NCBI GenBank assembly: GCA_009602725.1
Contig: WELB01000007.1
Coordinates: forward strand, 1,192,310 to 1,256,309
Length of the DNA: 64,000 nt
Direction: 5' to 3'
Source of the DNA: Spirogloea muscicola
Taxonomy: Eukaryota
Shown here: positions 53,028 through 64,000 of the stretch, piece by piece
How positions within the stretch are numbered: position 1 is the first letter of the stretch
Layout: each line of letters starts with the position of its first letter
The notes under the pieces: generated by a model
Seen by the model: only the letters and a program-made list of their open reading frames with translations
Told to the model about the DNA's origin: nothing
Database searches by the model: none
Program-made: the position numbers and the translations under genes

Positions 53028-55617
53028 CTAAAACTCCCAGCCTCTGACCTGAGTTATTGCTTCAAGTATTCCCCATTCGTTGCTGGCTTCTTTGATAGAC
53101 AGTTGGAGCATCTCTGATTTCAGAAGCATCATCAAAGTGTGAAGCATGTTGTAGATCAGCTTCCCAGCTGGCATGAAAGCCAATCGCGCAATGCTCACAG
53201 GGCTGTGGTCCTCACGATAGCAAAGCAGATGTCACAGTCGACAGCACGTGGCTGCTGAAAGGCATATGTGACCTGAATGTTCAAAGAGAGCTATCCACGC
53301 ACTACCACGCAATATCCACGCACTACCACCCCTTGTCAGGTTGCTCGCACCAGCCAACTCTTGGTTGTCTCTACGGCCTGAGCTCGATGCTACCCTACTG
53401 TGAAAGAGGAGCAGTGGTGGCAACTCGTGCCACAGAACCGGGTTATAGATGGCACCTCGTACTATGCTGTCATACTAAGACAATCGAAGCTGGGGAGGTC
53501 TGCAGTTGGTGGGATCTTGTATGGAGGCTGTGTGACCTGTTCTATTATCCAGGCTTCCAGCTGCGCTGACCGTCGGTATGATGCCCTTCAATGTGTTGTA
53601 TCTGGAGCACCCAGAGTTGTTGCGAGACAAGCTCGGACAGCGCGGGGCAGTCCTAAGGAGGAGGCCAGACGTACCTGCATGTGCGCTCCCAATCCATCTC
53701 ATAGTTAGTTCCAGGCTGTAAGCGTCTGGCAGTCTGGTAACATTCATCGCTTTCACCATTATAAACACTGAGAATGACATTCCAACTTAATGAGCACAGC
53801 GACTCTCAGGAGGGAAAGACTGGTCTTTGAACCACCACCGATGATTTGTCTTGGCAAGAGCAGACATGACTTGTCCATTGGTGCCACATACTTTGCCAAA
53901 GGTGTGAGGTTTACCTGGCAAGTACCTGAGAGACAAGCTCTGCCGTTTGCTGAGGGTCGTCATGCTGCAGACCCGCAACTCGCTCTTGGACCTGCCAAGT
54001 GTAATGTCCACAAGTTCGAATATATTGGCAAGACCTTGGCACGTGTTGGCAGCTGCCTATTTGCGAGTTTACAATACTATGCAGGAACTCAAAAGTAGAT
54101 ATCATCTCATCGAATTAGTCTCTTACTTTCAAGATAGCAGGGGACAGCTTGAATAGTAGCGCTTTCTGCTTCTCTCGCCTTTCCTTCTCATCACGCTGAC
54201 ATCGTGGATGAAAGAGCACCCAAAGGCTTTTGTGGTGACATGAGAGGTCTCGAAAGGACTATGGTTATTCAAATGGAAGAGCCATGCAGACCAACCTTTG
54301 GCCATGTAGTTCGTCTTTAGCAGACACGCAGTGACAGAGGATTCGATCCATTGAGCCTGCCTCAGCAGCCTGCATACCGCAAGCTACCGCCTTCTTACCT
54401 TGCGGCAGTTCTCCAATGCATCAAGGTCATTCTGCAGCATAGCGCAACGCTCCTGCAGGGTTGACAACTCCCCTTTCACCACCTCCATATCCTTCTTCAC
54501 AAGCTGCGTACAGTATCAACTAAGGTCATAGATTGCATTACCACTCAGATCCAACGATGATACGAAGTCTGTCAGCAGAGAGTACTTGCATCAGCCGCAG
54601 CCACATACCTCGCTGTGTGCTGTCAGCTCATCCTGCATCTCCGTCAGCCGCCACTCCAGGTCAGAGAGGGCCCCACCATCTGCATCTGACACCAATGGTG
54701 GCGCGACCGCCACCCTCGTGCTCATCACCTGCTTCCCGCTGCTGCAGTTCCCACTGCAGTGTCCGTAAGGGTGGTGCCCCGGACGCCAGCCAGGAGGAGG
54801 CACCCACAACTGGTCCAAGATACCATTTTTCTGGCACGTGGCAGTAGCCAGCGTTAGTAGCTGCTGAGTTGGTGGTTGCCACTCTGCAGGCAGATCCAGC
54901 CAGAGCAGCAGAGCAGTGCAACGTACTTTATCAAGCCCTGCAAGAAAGCTGTGCAGGCAAGATCCTGCAGCTGCACAACAAATTGGTGTAGTACGTTGTG
55001 CCGCAACTTCCATATGCATGTCAAGAGCTGTTGTTGACAGTAGAGCAACTTGTCACCTGGCGTAGCCCCATGAGGTCAGCAGCCTCCAGCCAGTACTCCA
55101 TGGCACCCTCCGTATTGTGACGTCTACGGAAGCGCTCGCCAGAGCCGACGACGGTGTCGGTCATGTGCTTGAGCAGGTGATCCAGTAGTCCGGTGTCGCC
55201 AATGTGCTTGCGAGCCTCGTCACGAAGCAGCGGCCGCAGAATGGGCTTCTGGGGCGTCGCAGATCGTGCGTGCATGATGTCCACGAGCTTCAGCTGTGCT
55301 GCTCTGTACCTGCGGTCGAGGCACAGTGCTGAGCTGCAGCCGAGGTCATGCTCAATGATGGGTCCTCAAAGAAACAGGCTCCGATCGGCTGTGATCACGA
55401 CCCGGCCGGTCAGCATTGCTCAGGAAGGACCAGCGCCCAGCATGCCGTGCAGGCGCGCACAGATGGCCGCAACAAGCAAGGAGCGGGTTTGCAGTAACCG
55501 CGGCAGATGCGCCACCGAGGTCATAGTGCCGAGGGCCTGCCTGTCGGACGACCAGCGGCCGCGCATGTCCTTGGGGAGCTTGAGCACGTTCTGGGAGGAC
55601 GACGGGTCCTTGCCCAT
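53028..55617 (-). CDS. SWI1: SWI1/DYAD-like protein, copy 2 (3' exons uncertain)
   Basis: Core domain peptide identical to copy 1 (ORF 55021-55284; MGKDPSSSQNVLKLPKDMRGRWSSDR at 55617). Confidence 0.85.
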
Positions 55618-55874
55618 GGCGAGCTGGGCCAGCCAGGGCCGGCGGCGCTGGCGGCGGCCGGGTGGGCGCGACGGCGGGGCCGGGGGCGCTGGGGAGGCGG
55701 TGGCGGGGCGATCGGGAGGGAAGGTGGGGCTGGGGGTGCATCGGGGCGCCCCGCCCCGCCCCGGTGACAGCGACCAGCCGCCGGTTCGGGCAGCTCCTCG
55801 GCGTGCGCGCCTGAGACGAGATGGCGGCCGGCCGTCTGCCCTCCCCTCGCCTTCGCCCTCCAGCTCCTCTCAGC

Positions 55875-57313
55875 TCAGCTGACTTGCCATTGCTGCTGAC
55901 AAGGGGGTCCCGAAGTGCGCCCTCTTTGCCTAGCCCGTGGCTCCAGTGATGTACTTATGAACACCCTCTGTATGCACCCGGCTGGCTCCTGCAGCCGCTC
56001 TTTTTGATCTGAGCAGCCGCGTTCCTCTCCCCCCGCCTCTCTGCCACCCTCGGCGCCACGAGGCCCTCCCGCCCTCCCCCTCGTCGCCGCCACCCCGGGC
56101 CGCCTCTCTAACCTCCTCTCCCCTTACTTCCCACCAGAAGAAAGACGCTGCCAGGAGAGGGCAGTGGCTGTGAGAGGTCAGCCCAGACAAGAATGAACGA
56201 AGTTCGAAGGGGCCAGACAAGAGGCTCCCACCTCTCTGCACCCAGCACCCCCCCCCACGCGCCGCCCCCNAGGCCGGCCCAAACATCTGCGCACGCCCCC
56301 CCTCCCCCCCCTTCTGTCCACGCTTCGGCCCTCGTTCCCCCCACCGCCTCCGCAAGCAGCCTCTGCCTTAGTCTCTCTGCTGCGCGCCCCCCCCCGCCGA
56401 GCTTCCCCCCCCGCCTTTTCCGACGGCTCCGCGCTCTGACGGCGCCAGTCCCGCTTCCGACGTCCATTCCTTCGAGCTGGCCTTCGACAGCCATTCGCCT
56501 TCAAGAAATAGCTGCTGCTCCCACCATTGGCCCACCCCGGCGCCTGCCTGCAGCTCCTCCTGCGTGACGGGACGGCCGGCGGCTGGGGCTGGGAGCAGCA
56601 CCCCCCGCCGGCCGCATCGGACGGCATGTAGCCGCTGTGCGCCGCCGCGCCCGCGTATCCCGGCCGTCCGCCGGCCGCGGCCCGGGCCGGTCCTGTCCGG
56701 CGACGTGATCGCGCTCTCCCGCCCCCGCCGGCCCCTCCCGTCCAGCCCACAGCCAGCCACTTTCGCCCTCTCCTTGCTTGCTACCCGGAGATTATTCCCT
56801 GACCTGCGGCTTCTCAACAGGGAAGTTGAGCACCAGTGGCCACTCAAGTCGCTGTGTGCTTGAGCGCTGTTCTGGCTCCTTCGAACTTCGTTACTGAGCT
56901 GGCATATCACAGCCATCGCCCCTTCAGTGGAGGAGTCTTTCTCCTGGCACTCTCAAACAGCCGTTGCGCTTCCTGTCTTCCTCCGCGCTCCGCTTCACAA
57001 CGTCCGATGCAACTGTCCTTCGTGGCCTCTCAGTGGCCAGAAGCGAGCTGGCCAGAGCAGGCAGCAGCTCCGGAGACCGGGGCTGCCTAGACAACTTCAA
57101 GCGCATATGGCGATGGCCGTGCGCGAGCCAGCTGGGAACGTGGACGCGCGGCTGCTGCTCGACAAGAGCAGGCGTCCCGCCGGGACTCAAAGTGGCGGCA
57201 AGAAGGATAGCTCTTCTGAAGTAAGGCGATGGCTGTGAGAGGCCAGCCCAAAAGAACGGGATCACCACCTTGGCGCCACGCTTGGAGGAGGCGATGCCTG
57301 TGGCAATACAGCT

Positions 57314-57344
<31 letters not shown>

Positions 57345-59200
57345 CCAAAGGAGGCGATGGCTGTGAAAGCAAGCCCACAAAGACTGAACGAATTTGGATG
57401 GGCCGGGAAACACGAATAAGTAGTGGCCGTGAAGCACTCAGGGGGCGAGGGTTGTGCAAAGCCATCCAACGATATAATCAACAATGTTCAGAGGAGTCGG
57501 ACTTTCTTCACCTCGCAGGAGAGCAAGAGACTGCTAAGGAAGGCTGCTTAGTAACCCCTAGTCGCCAGCCGCAAGCAAGTCAAGAAAGTCAGCAGCCGGG
57601 AAGAAGAAAGGCATTTCCAAGGGAGTCGCCCCGCCCATAGCTTCAGGCGGCAGCCAGGGCAGAATGACCAGCAGATGCAGGGCATGTGCCAGGGGGAAGC
57701 TGCAGGGGAACACGAGGGCCTGAGAGACCGTAGCGCTGACGACTGCTGGTAACGCTTGATTTGGCCTCCGCTTCATCTCAGGCGTACTGCACGCCTTTCC
57801 CCTCTCTTTGCAGACCTTGTTCACTCCTTTTGCGCAGGCCTCTTACAGCCATTGTCTACATGGAAGAAAGTGGCTCCTCCATAAGAGAGAGACACTCTTC
57901 CAGAAAGCGATGGCTGTGATCGGGCAGCCCAGGATTAAAGAATGACCAGAGTCCAAAGGGGCCGGGGCAAGAAAGCGCTTCCAATAAGGGGGGCGAGAGG
58001 CTCTCTCTGCGAGGAGCACGCGCCGGCACCAACAACCCGTCGACCAACACGGATGGAATTTGCGGGGCGTGGGCCAAGCACGGGACGCGTGGCGGCAGAG
58101 CAAGTGGGCGCTGCAACGTGGCGATGGGTCGCGCTTCTGGCGTGCATGTGCGCGCCCGTCCGCGCTGTCTCCGCCCCTTTCCATTCTTTCTGGGCTGGCA
58201 TTGCCAGCCCTTCGTCTTTAGAGGCGAGCACTTCCTTCCTGGGCAGCCCTTCCCCCCCATTTTAAAGCCACTTCTTCCCGGCTTCCCAATCCGAGCTGGC
58301 AGCAGGGCGAGCAGCTCGGCTTCAATGTCGCCGGGTCCCTTGCGCAGGTCTTCCGCATGCGGTTGGCCGTCTAGTAGAAAGGGCTCGCCCATTGAGGATA
58401 GGGGCTGGACAAGCCAGCCCAAAAAAGAATGAACAAAGAATGAACAAGTTGGCCGTCTCGCTTCAGCGGTCACTTGCGTCCACTTGCGCGCAGGCAGAGC
58501 TTTGGCGGCGGCCTCCGGCTTCCGTCAGGGTGACATCTTTCCCCCGGCTAGCTACTCCGACTTGCATCTCCTGACTAGAGGTTACTGAGCGTCCTCTGGC
58601 TGATGTCTTCGTCCTAGTCCAAAGGCATGGACTGTAGTGTAGTTCTTTTCCGGCTCCTCTTTCTTTGGCTTGGGATATTGTCCATTCTTTTTGGGCTGGC
58701 TTTGCCAGCCACTCTTCTCTATGGGCGAGCACATTTTTCCTCTGGCCCCCTTCTCGTTCTTTGTTCATTCTTTTTTGGGCTGGCTTTTCAGCCCCTATCC
58801 TCAATGGGCGAGCCCTCCTCCTAAAAAGCTTGGAGCAGCTACAAAGGGGCCTGAAGATGCTATGGCAGAACAGGGGGAGGATGGATCACTCAGTAGTTAC
58901 GAGTGAGGAGCCTCAGATCCGACAGACTAGCTGCCGGAAAGAAGAAAACTATCCACCTGACGAAAGCCGGAGGCCGCAGCGAGAGCACGGCCAGAAAGAG
59001 GAAGACTGTTCCAGTAAGGAGTGTGTACCGAGTGATGGGGGGCCTGAGTGGCCAAGTACAGAGGCAAGCCAACGGGGGCTACTGACACGGGGTTACTAAT
59101 AATAAATAAGAGCGCCTTGCTTGCCTACCCAGTGGCTCCGCTAACATTTGTGAACACCATGCTGCATGCACCGGCCTGGCTCTCACAGCCGCTCGTCAAC
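55875..59200. mobile_element. Nested cluster of CRE-like retroelement 3' remnants between DYAD copy 2 and GolS copy 2
   Basis: C-termini at about 55880-55910 (+), 56800-56830 (+), 57548-57720 (-), 58290-58588 (+, SDLHLLTRGY*), 58890-58990 (-, SDLRLLTRNY*) and 59075-59099 (+, LLTRGY*), with many stem-loop motifs; a (GA)n tract at about 57314-57337. Confidence 0.85.
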
Positions 59201-59523
59201 CACCAGCAGCCCCGCTCCCCCACAAGCGGCGCTGCGGCCGCCCGCCGAGCTCCGCCATGGCGACCCGCGCCGCCGCCAGGCAGCTGCCCGGCGCCCGGCA
59301 CTGCTGCATAGCGGCGCACTGCGAGCTGCCGCGGGCTCCAGCGGCTCGCGGCACTCCTGGTCCGCGCCGTCCAGCGCTGCCGGGAGCCAACGCTCCTCTG
59401 TTTGCATCCAGGCACGGCCGCTGCGCCACGCCGGGCTGGGCCTCAGGGCATTGTGGAGCCTCGATCGCGACGCCCACCCACGGTGGCTTCCCCCCTTGTA
59501 CTCTCTGAGCATGCTGGGCACCC

Positions 59524-60926
59524 ATGCAGCCCTTGCTCGCCGTCGCTGCAGGGAGGGCGGCGTACGTGACGCTGCTCATGGGAGCCGGCCTGTACTGGAA
59601 GGGCGTCGTGGGCCTGGCCAAGAGCCTGCAGCGGACCGGCACGCGGTTTCCCTTTGTCGTGCTTGTCAGTGCCGACGTGCCCAGCAGCCACCTGAGCGTC
59701 CTGTTATCGAGCGGCTGCCAGGTCCGCCAAGTGAAGGCCATTCCGCCACCCAAGGTGATTCGCTACATTGACTCCGCAGAAGATGCTGCCCCACGGCATC
59801 CACTGGCTGAGACAGAAGTTATTGTCGCTAAGTCCACCCAACTCCATGTTTTGCGCACTGCATGCTGTGCAGCTTCTGGTGTCCCTTGCAGCCAAGGCCA
59901 GGCCTGCTGTTGTGATGCTCCTGCTCAGTCAGAAGTTCTGCTGTGCGGCCTGTCCTCCTAGGCTGCAGGGAAGGGGAGACGAGCGCTTCGCAGTGGCGCA
60001 CTACGCATTGAACTACACAAAGCTGAACATCTGGGACCTTGACGACCAGTATGACCGCCTGATCTACCTGGACGCCGACATGCTCGTCCTCAGGAATCTG
60101 GACCACCTTTTCCAGGAGGTGCCACCTGAGCGGCTGGCAGGGGTGCTGGACTGCTTCTGCGAAGGGTGGAGTCATCCCCAAACGCGGCGTGGCAGGTAAG
60201 CCAACATATACCCTTTTGAGCGGCGTTGCTCTACATCTGACAAGGGACACATATGCACACCGCTTTCTTGCCAGCCTCACTTGCAGGAGGTTTTTTCCAT
60301 TGTGGCAGAAATGGTTACTGTCAGGTTGCGCCTGACACCAAGCCCTGGGCAGGGGACATTCCGGCTCCTGCTCTATACTTCAATGCAGGCATGCTGGTTC
60401 TGCAACCCAGCAGGGGCCTCTTCCGCGACCTTTTGTCCAATCTGCGTACCTTTCCACCCACGCCACTTGCAGAGCAGGACTTCCTCAATGCATACTTTGA
60501 GAAGGCATTCTTCAGGCTGGTAAACGAGTACAATGTGCTATTGCCATACCTCTGGCACCACCCAGAAAAGGTACTGGCTGTTGTATTATGGTTAACAGTA
60601 AGGTGCTCATTACAATGTCTGTGGATAATTCTAAGATGCTGTCGAGCAATGTACCTTCAGCTGGGCTTGCGAATGAAGAAGGATGAAGCACTGTGATCTT
60701 GTTCTTTGGAAGCCACAACTGAGAGCCTTGTAAAAAAAATTGTCATGATCAGGTGAAGCTGGAGGAAGCTTACATCATCCACTACTCTGTCACGGGCTCA
60801 AAGCCATGGGCATTCAATCCCACCGCCGAGCACATGAACCTGCCAGAAGTTCACCACCTCGTTTCAATGTGGCAGCAAGTCTATAACGCCGTCGATAAAT
60901 CAATTGTCAAGGAGATTGTGATCTAG
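59524..60926 (+). CDS. GolS: Galactinol synthase-like GT8 glycosyltransferase, copy 2 (possible extra 5' exon from ATG 59257)
   Basis: Same motifs and intron positions as 11139-12541; stop TAG 60924-60926. Confidence 0.88.
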
Positions 60927-61806
60927 CCAATTGTGAAGGGAGTATAAGCTCTTAGGTCCTAGATTGCTCTGTGATGCGCACAAATAGCATGCTTTACCCA
61001 GCTTTGCAACCCCTCTGTTCACATGGTCAACAAAGATCTCATGCCTACTAAGTTGCAGTCTCACAGAATTTACGAATGACCAGAGACTGAGAATCATAGA
61101 ATGTAATACATGACATCGTAATACAATGCCAGGCACCTCTTGGCATCTTAATAGAATGCCAGCCCAACTTGGTAGATAGCAATTCTTCGTCCGGTATGTG
61201 GTCGTACTGAAGCCACACTGCACTACTTTTAATCAGTGATGCAAGCACATGCACCCTCCCACACAAAGCTTTGAAAATGAGGGTGTCTCGCCTTGCAAAC
61301 TGAGCACTCTTTGCTCACAAAGGAAGAAGAAGAAGAGCATGCGGGTACCAGGAAGCAAAGAGGGGGCTCGCAGTACATCTAGTTCTGCTCTTGTATTACA
61401 TATCAACCACAGTCCAAGAGAATGAAAAGGCTGTCCTAAAACTGCATGTTCCTGTATATGGCACACATTAAGTCCTGCCTAAAATTCTGAATGAGTCATT
61501 GAATACCACAGTTGTACAGCGCAAGCGTTGTTACACTAAGGATATCTAATCCAGAGATCGAGCACAAGTATGTGAACAGAAAGCACGCTGCAGGAGGGAG
61601 CAGCCATTTGGGGCACTGATATGACTTAATTCCTCTAGGAATGATAATAGGTATCACAGAATCAATGAGAAGCATGTTGCACATATAAGCTAATGTCTGA
61701 GAATTTGTACTAAATTGAATGTCGAGTCTAGAAGGCCATTAGTTCACTCGCATACAATGAGCGCAACATTGTCACAAGAAAAACCGAGGCTGTATGCATG
61801 CACACT

Positions 61807-64000
61807 TCAGTCAAAGGTGGAAAGTAAGAACTTGTAAGCCTCGGCCAACAACTGCAATCCGATAATCTTCACTGCGGGATAGAGGAGCTGGGTCAGTTGT
61901 ATGAAGTCGTTGTAAGCTGTGCAAAATTCTGAATAGCTCACATAAAAGTGCGCACTCAGATGTATATGCACATCAAAGCTGAGGTGCATGTATGCTACTT
62001 ACCCTGCTGGTTCTGCATCCAGTCCTCCAATGTCAGGCACATCGAGAACACAACTTGTAATCTCTTCAAGCAGGATCTCGCTTGTAATAAGACCTGTTGT
62101 TGTTGCCTGATATTCAGGTTCGCCTCGGGAGCTCATCAGCACGTGACGAAGGTGCCAGCACCGCAAACGCTGGTCAAGACCTGCTGAGAAAGCCAACCTG
62201 CCGTCTGTCCAGACTCCTGCAGTGGCATGCAAAGAAGCAGATATTGCATAACGGACAGAAGGTCTTAGTCAACACTCGTCCATGTATGTATCCCAATGCA
62301 AGTCTATGAGCAGCATGCACCTCATGCCAGCAATACATGCTAAAGTGGGCTATCTGCCACTCTGTGCTGCACCCTGTGCTGCAGAGCTTTTACTTGTGAT
62401 GGTGAATTCATGGCAGAGCATACCTTTCACAGAAGACAAGTGCGCATTCGCAAGTGATCTGCGATGAATGCAGTGCACCACCATCTGCTGGGAGTCCAAG
62501 CCAGCTTCAAGCAGCAAATGTTGGACATCCTGGCCTTGAGGAGCTGCCTGAGAAGCCATATTTTCGCAATTTACTTGCAGCACAGCCAAATGAATAGCTT
62601 GGTCATCACCGCCAGTCACTAGAGTCAGTTGCCCCCCCGGAGTCATGAGCCCATCTTGCTGCTGGTTGTTTAGCTGCTTGCAGCTCAGGCTCCAATGAGT
62701 GGGAGCCATGCTCAAGCTATTGATGCCCGACTGATGGATGCCGTCAAGGACCAGAATGGGCCTCAGCACTGTCACGCGTCTTCCTGTCATGGCGGACGAC
62801 GTTGGACAGCCCACTTCAGCTGCCCCCTGCACTCTGACCATGAAAGCCAGCTCCTGAGTGCGATCGAGGCCAGCACCTGTGGCTGTCGCATCTACACTTC
62901 CTCGCGTGCATGAACTGGCTGACTGTTTGCACCATCCTTTGTTCTCTGCAGAGCCCGAGGTTTGTACAGTGGTCTTGACATCAGCTTGAGCAGGACGAGA
63001 GAGTGGAATACCACCCGGGTGACTCTGCGCTTCCCTTGACAGATCATCCCCGTGCACATCTTCCAGGTGCTGTCTCTGCCAGACGGTACGGCGTGTGCGG
63101 GAGGCTTTGGGCTGGCTCCCACCTTGACTGCCTCGGCCCCTCAGGGGAAGCCTGGCTGAAGTGGGTGGCTCAGAAACAAAGGACTCAGTGTTCGACAGGA
63201 AGAAGTTGACAGAGGATGTAATGTCCCAGATGGCGGCAGCACCATCAGTGGCGCCGCTGCAGACGATGAATGCCAGATCCTCCAAGCGGTGCCCCTCTGC
63301 AGCAGAAGACAAAAAACACATGTAGGTACAGTCTTGATTAACTATTGTTATCACCATGCTCAATGCTTCTTCCAAGCTCAGCTGCATCAGGATGACCATG
63401 CTCACACAGCTCTTACCAAGCAGATCTTCATGAGGTTGCTTATTCAACACTTTGTGCTTCCTCTTGGAATATATGACGTGCGCGAGTGAGAGCACAGGAG
63501 CTGCATGATGACATAGTGCGGCAAGGAGGTGCCTGGCTCAAGGAAGACAAATACACACCCATGAGTAGCCCCTTGCGATACTTACGACATTGAGCTCAGC
63601 AAATGGACGACTAGCCATTAGCCTATGAGCCACATCACTAGTGTCTATTGCTCCTCCCACCCAACCTCTGCTTGGGCTTCTTAAGCACTTCATGTGGCAT
63701 AGAGAGCTCGCCTTTGCAGTCCACTATGGTGCAAGCTTTGGCTTGTTTGCAAGTCAAAGTAGCGCCCCTATTCTCAGCTCCTGGATTATATGGACCAGTG
63801 CTTCATGAGCAACAATTATCTTACCATGTATCTGTTGCAGCATGGAACACATGGAGTCGAAGTTGAGCGTCTGAGACGGCTGCAACGATGTATACAATCA
63901 ATGATCTGCACGCAGTGGCCAATATCCGTGCCCTCAGAAAGAGTAGTGCACATGACAGCAATAATGCACCCAGAATTATATGTCAATAGGAGGGTGAGAA
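61807..64000 (-). CDS. WDR6: WDR6 copy 2, 3' exons only (continues beyond the window)
   Basis: ORFs 62350-63495 and 61999-62232 are homologous to copy 1; last exon EDYRIAVVGRGLQVLTFHL/TFD-like ending near 61807. Confidence 0.85.

Larger units (their letters stand above)
49905..64000 (+). repeat. Diverged direct duplicate of about 197-15613 (SSUH2, SWI1/DYAD, GolS, WDR6 3' part)
   Basis: Collinear exon and intron similarity throughout, beginning exactly after the N at 49904 and running to the window end. The intergenic retroelement cluster is only partly shared. Confidence 0.97.

Overview
Eukaryotic, intron-rich genomic DNA, most likely from a streptophyte green alga. Evidence for this is plant-type SWI1/DYAD, galactinol synthase, BBX18/19, ALF4, GBA2 and PRMT6 genes, short GT-AG introns and very GC-rich gene 5' ends. 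Gene order: SSUH2-like (+), SWI1/DYAD-like (-), GolS-like (+), WDR6 (-), GBA2 (+), PRMT6 (+), BBX (-), ALF4 (-). After a single-N join at 49904 there is a second, diverged but apparently intact copy of the SSUH2-DYAD-GolS-WDR6 block. The most striking structure is a family of RLE-type (CRE/Zepp-like) non-LTR retrotransposons. It is seen as one 2.2-kb 5'-truncated copy plus about 17 recognisable C-terminal remnants ('(S)DLRLLTRGY*') and many ultra-short, TSD-flanked 3' ends. These pile up almost exclusively just upstream of gene starts and nest inside one another. Three times they are inserted at the same loop position of a conserved 3' stem-loop (GGGCTG-GCTTYYHA-CAGCC) of an older copy. One cluster also holds an intron-containing EPSPS fragment and a G-rich minisatellite. 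All exon boundaries and similarities were read by eye; no database searches were run.
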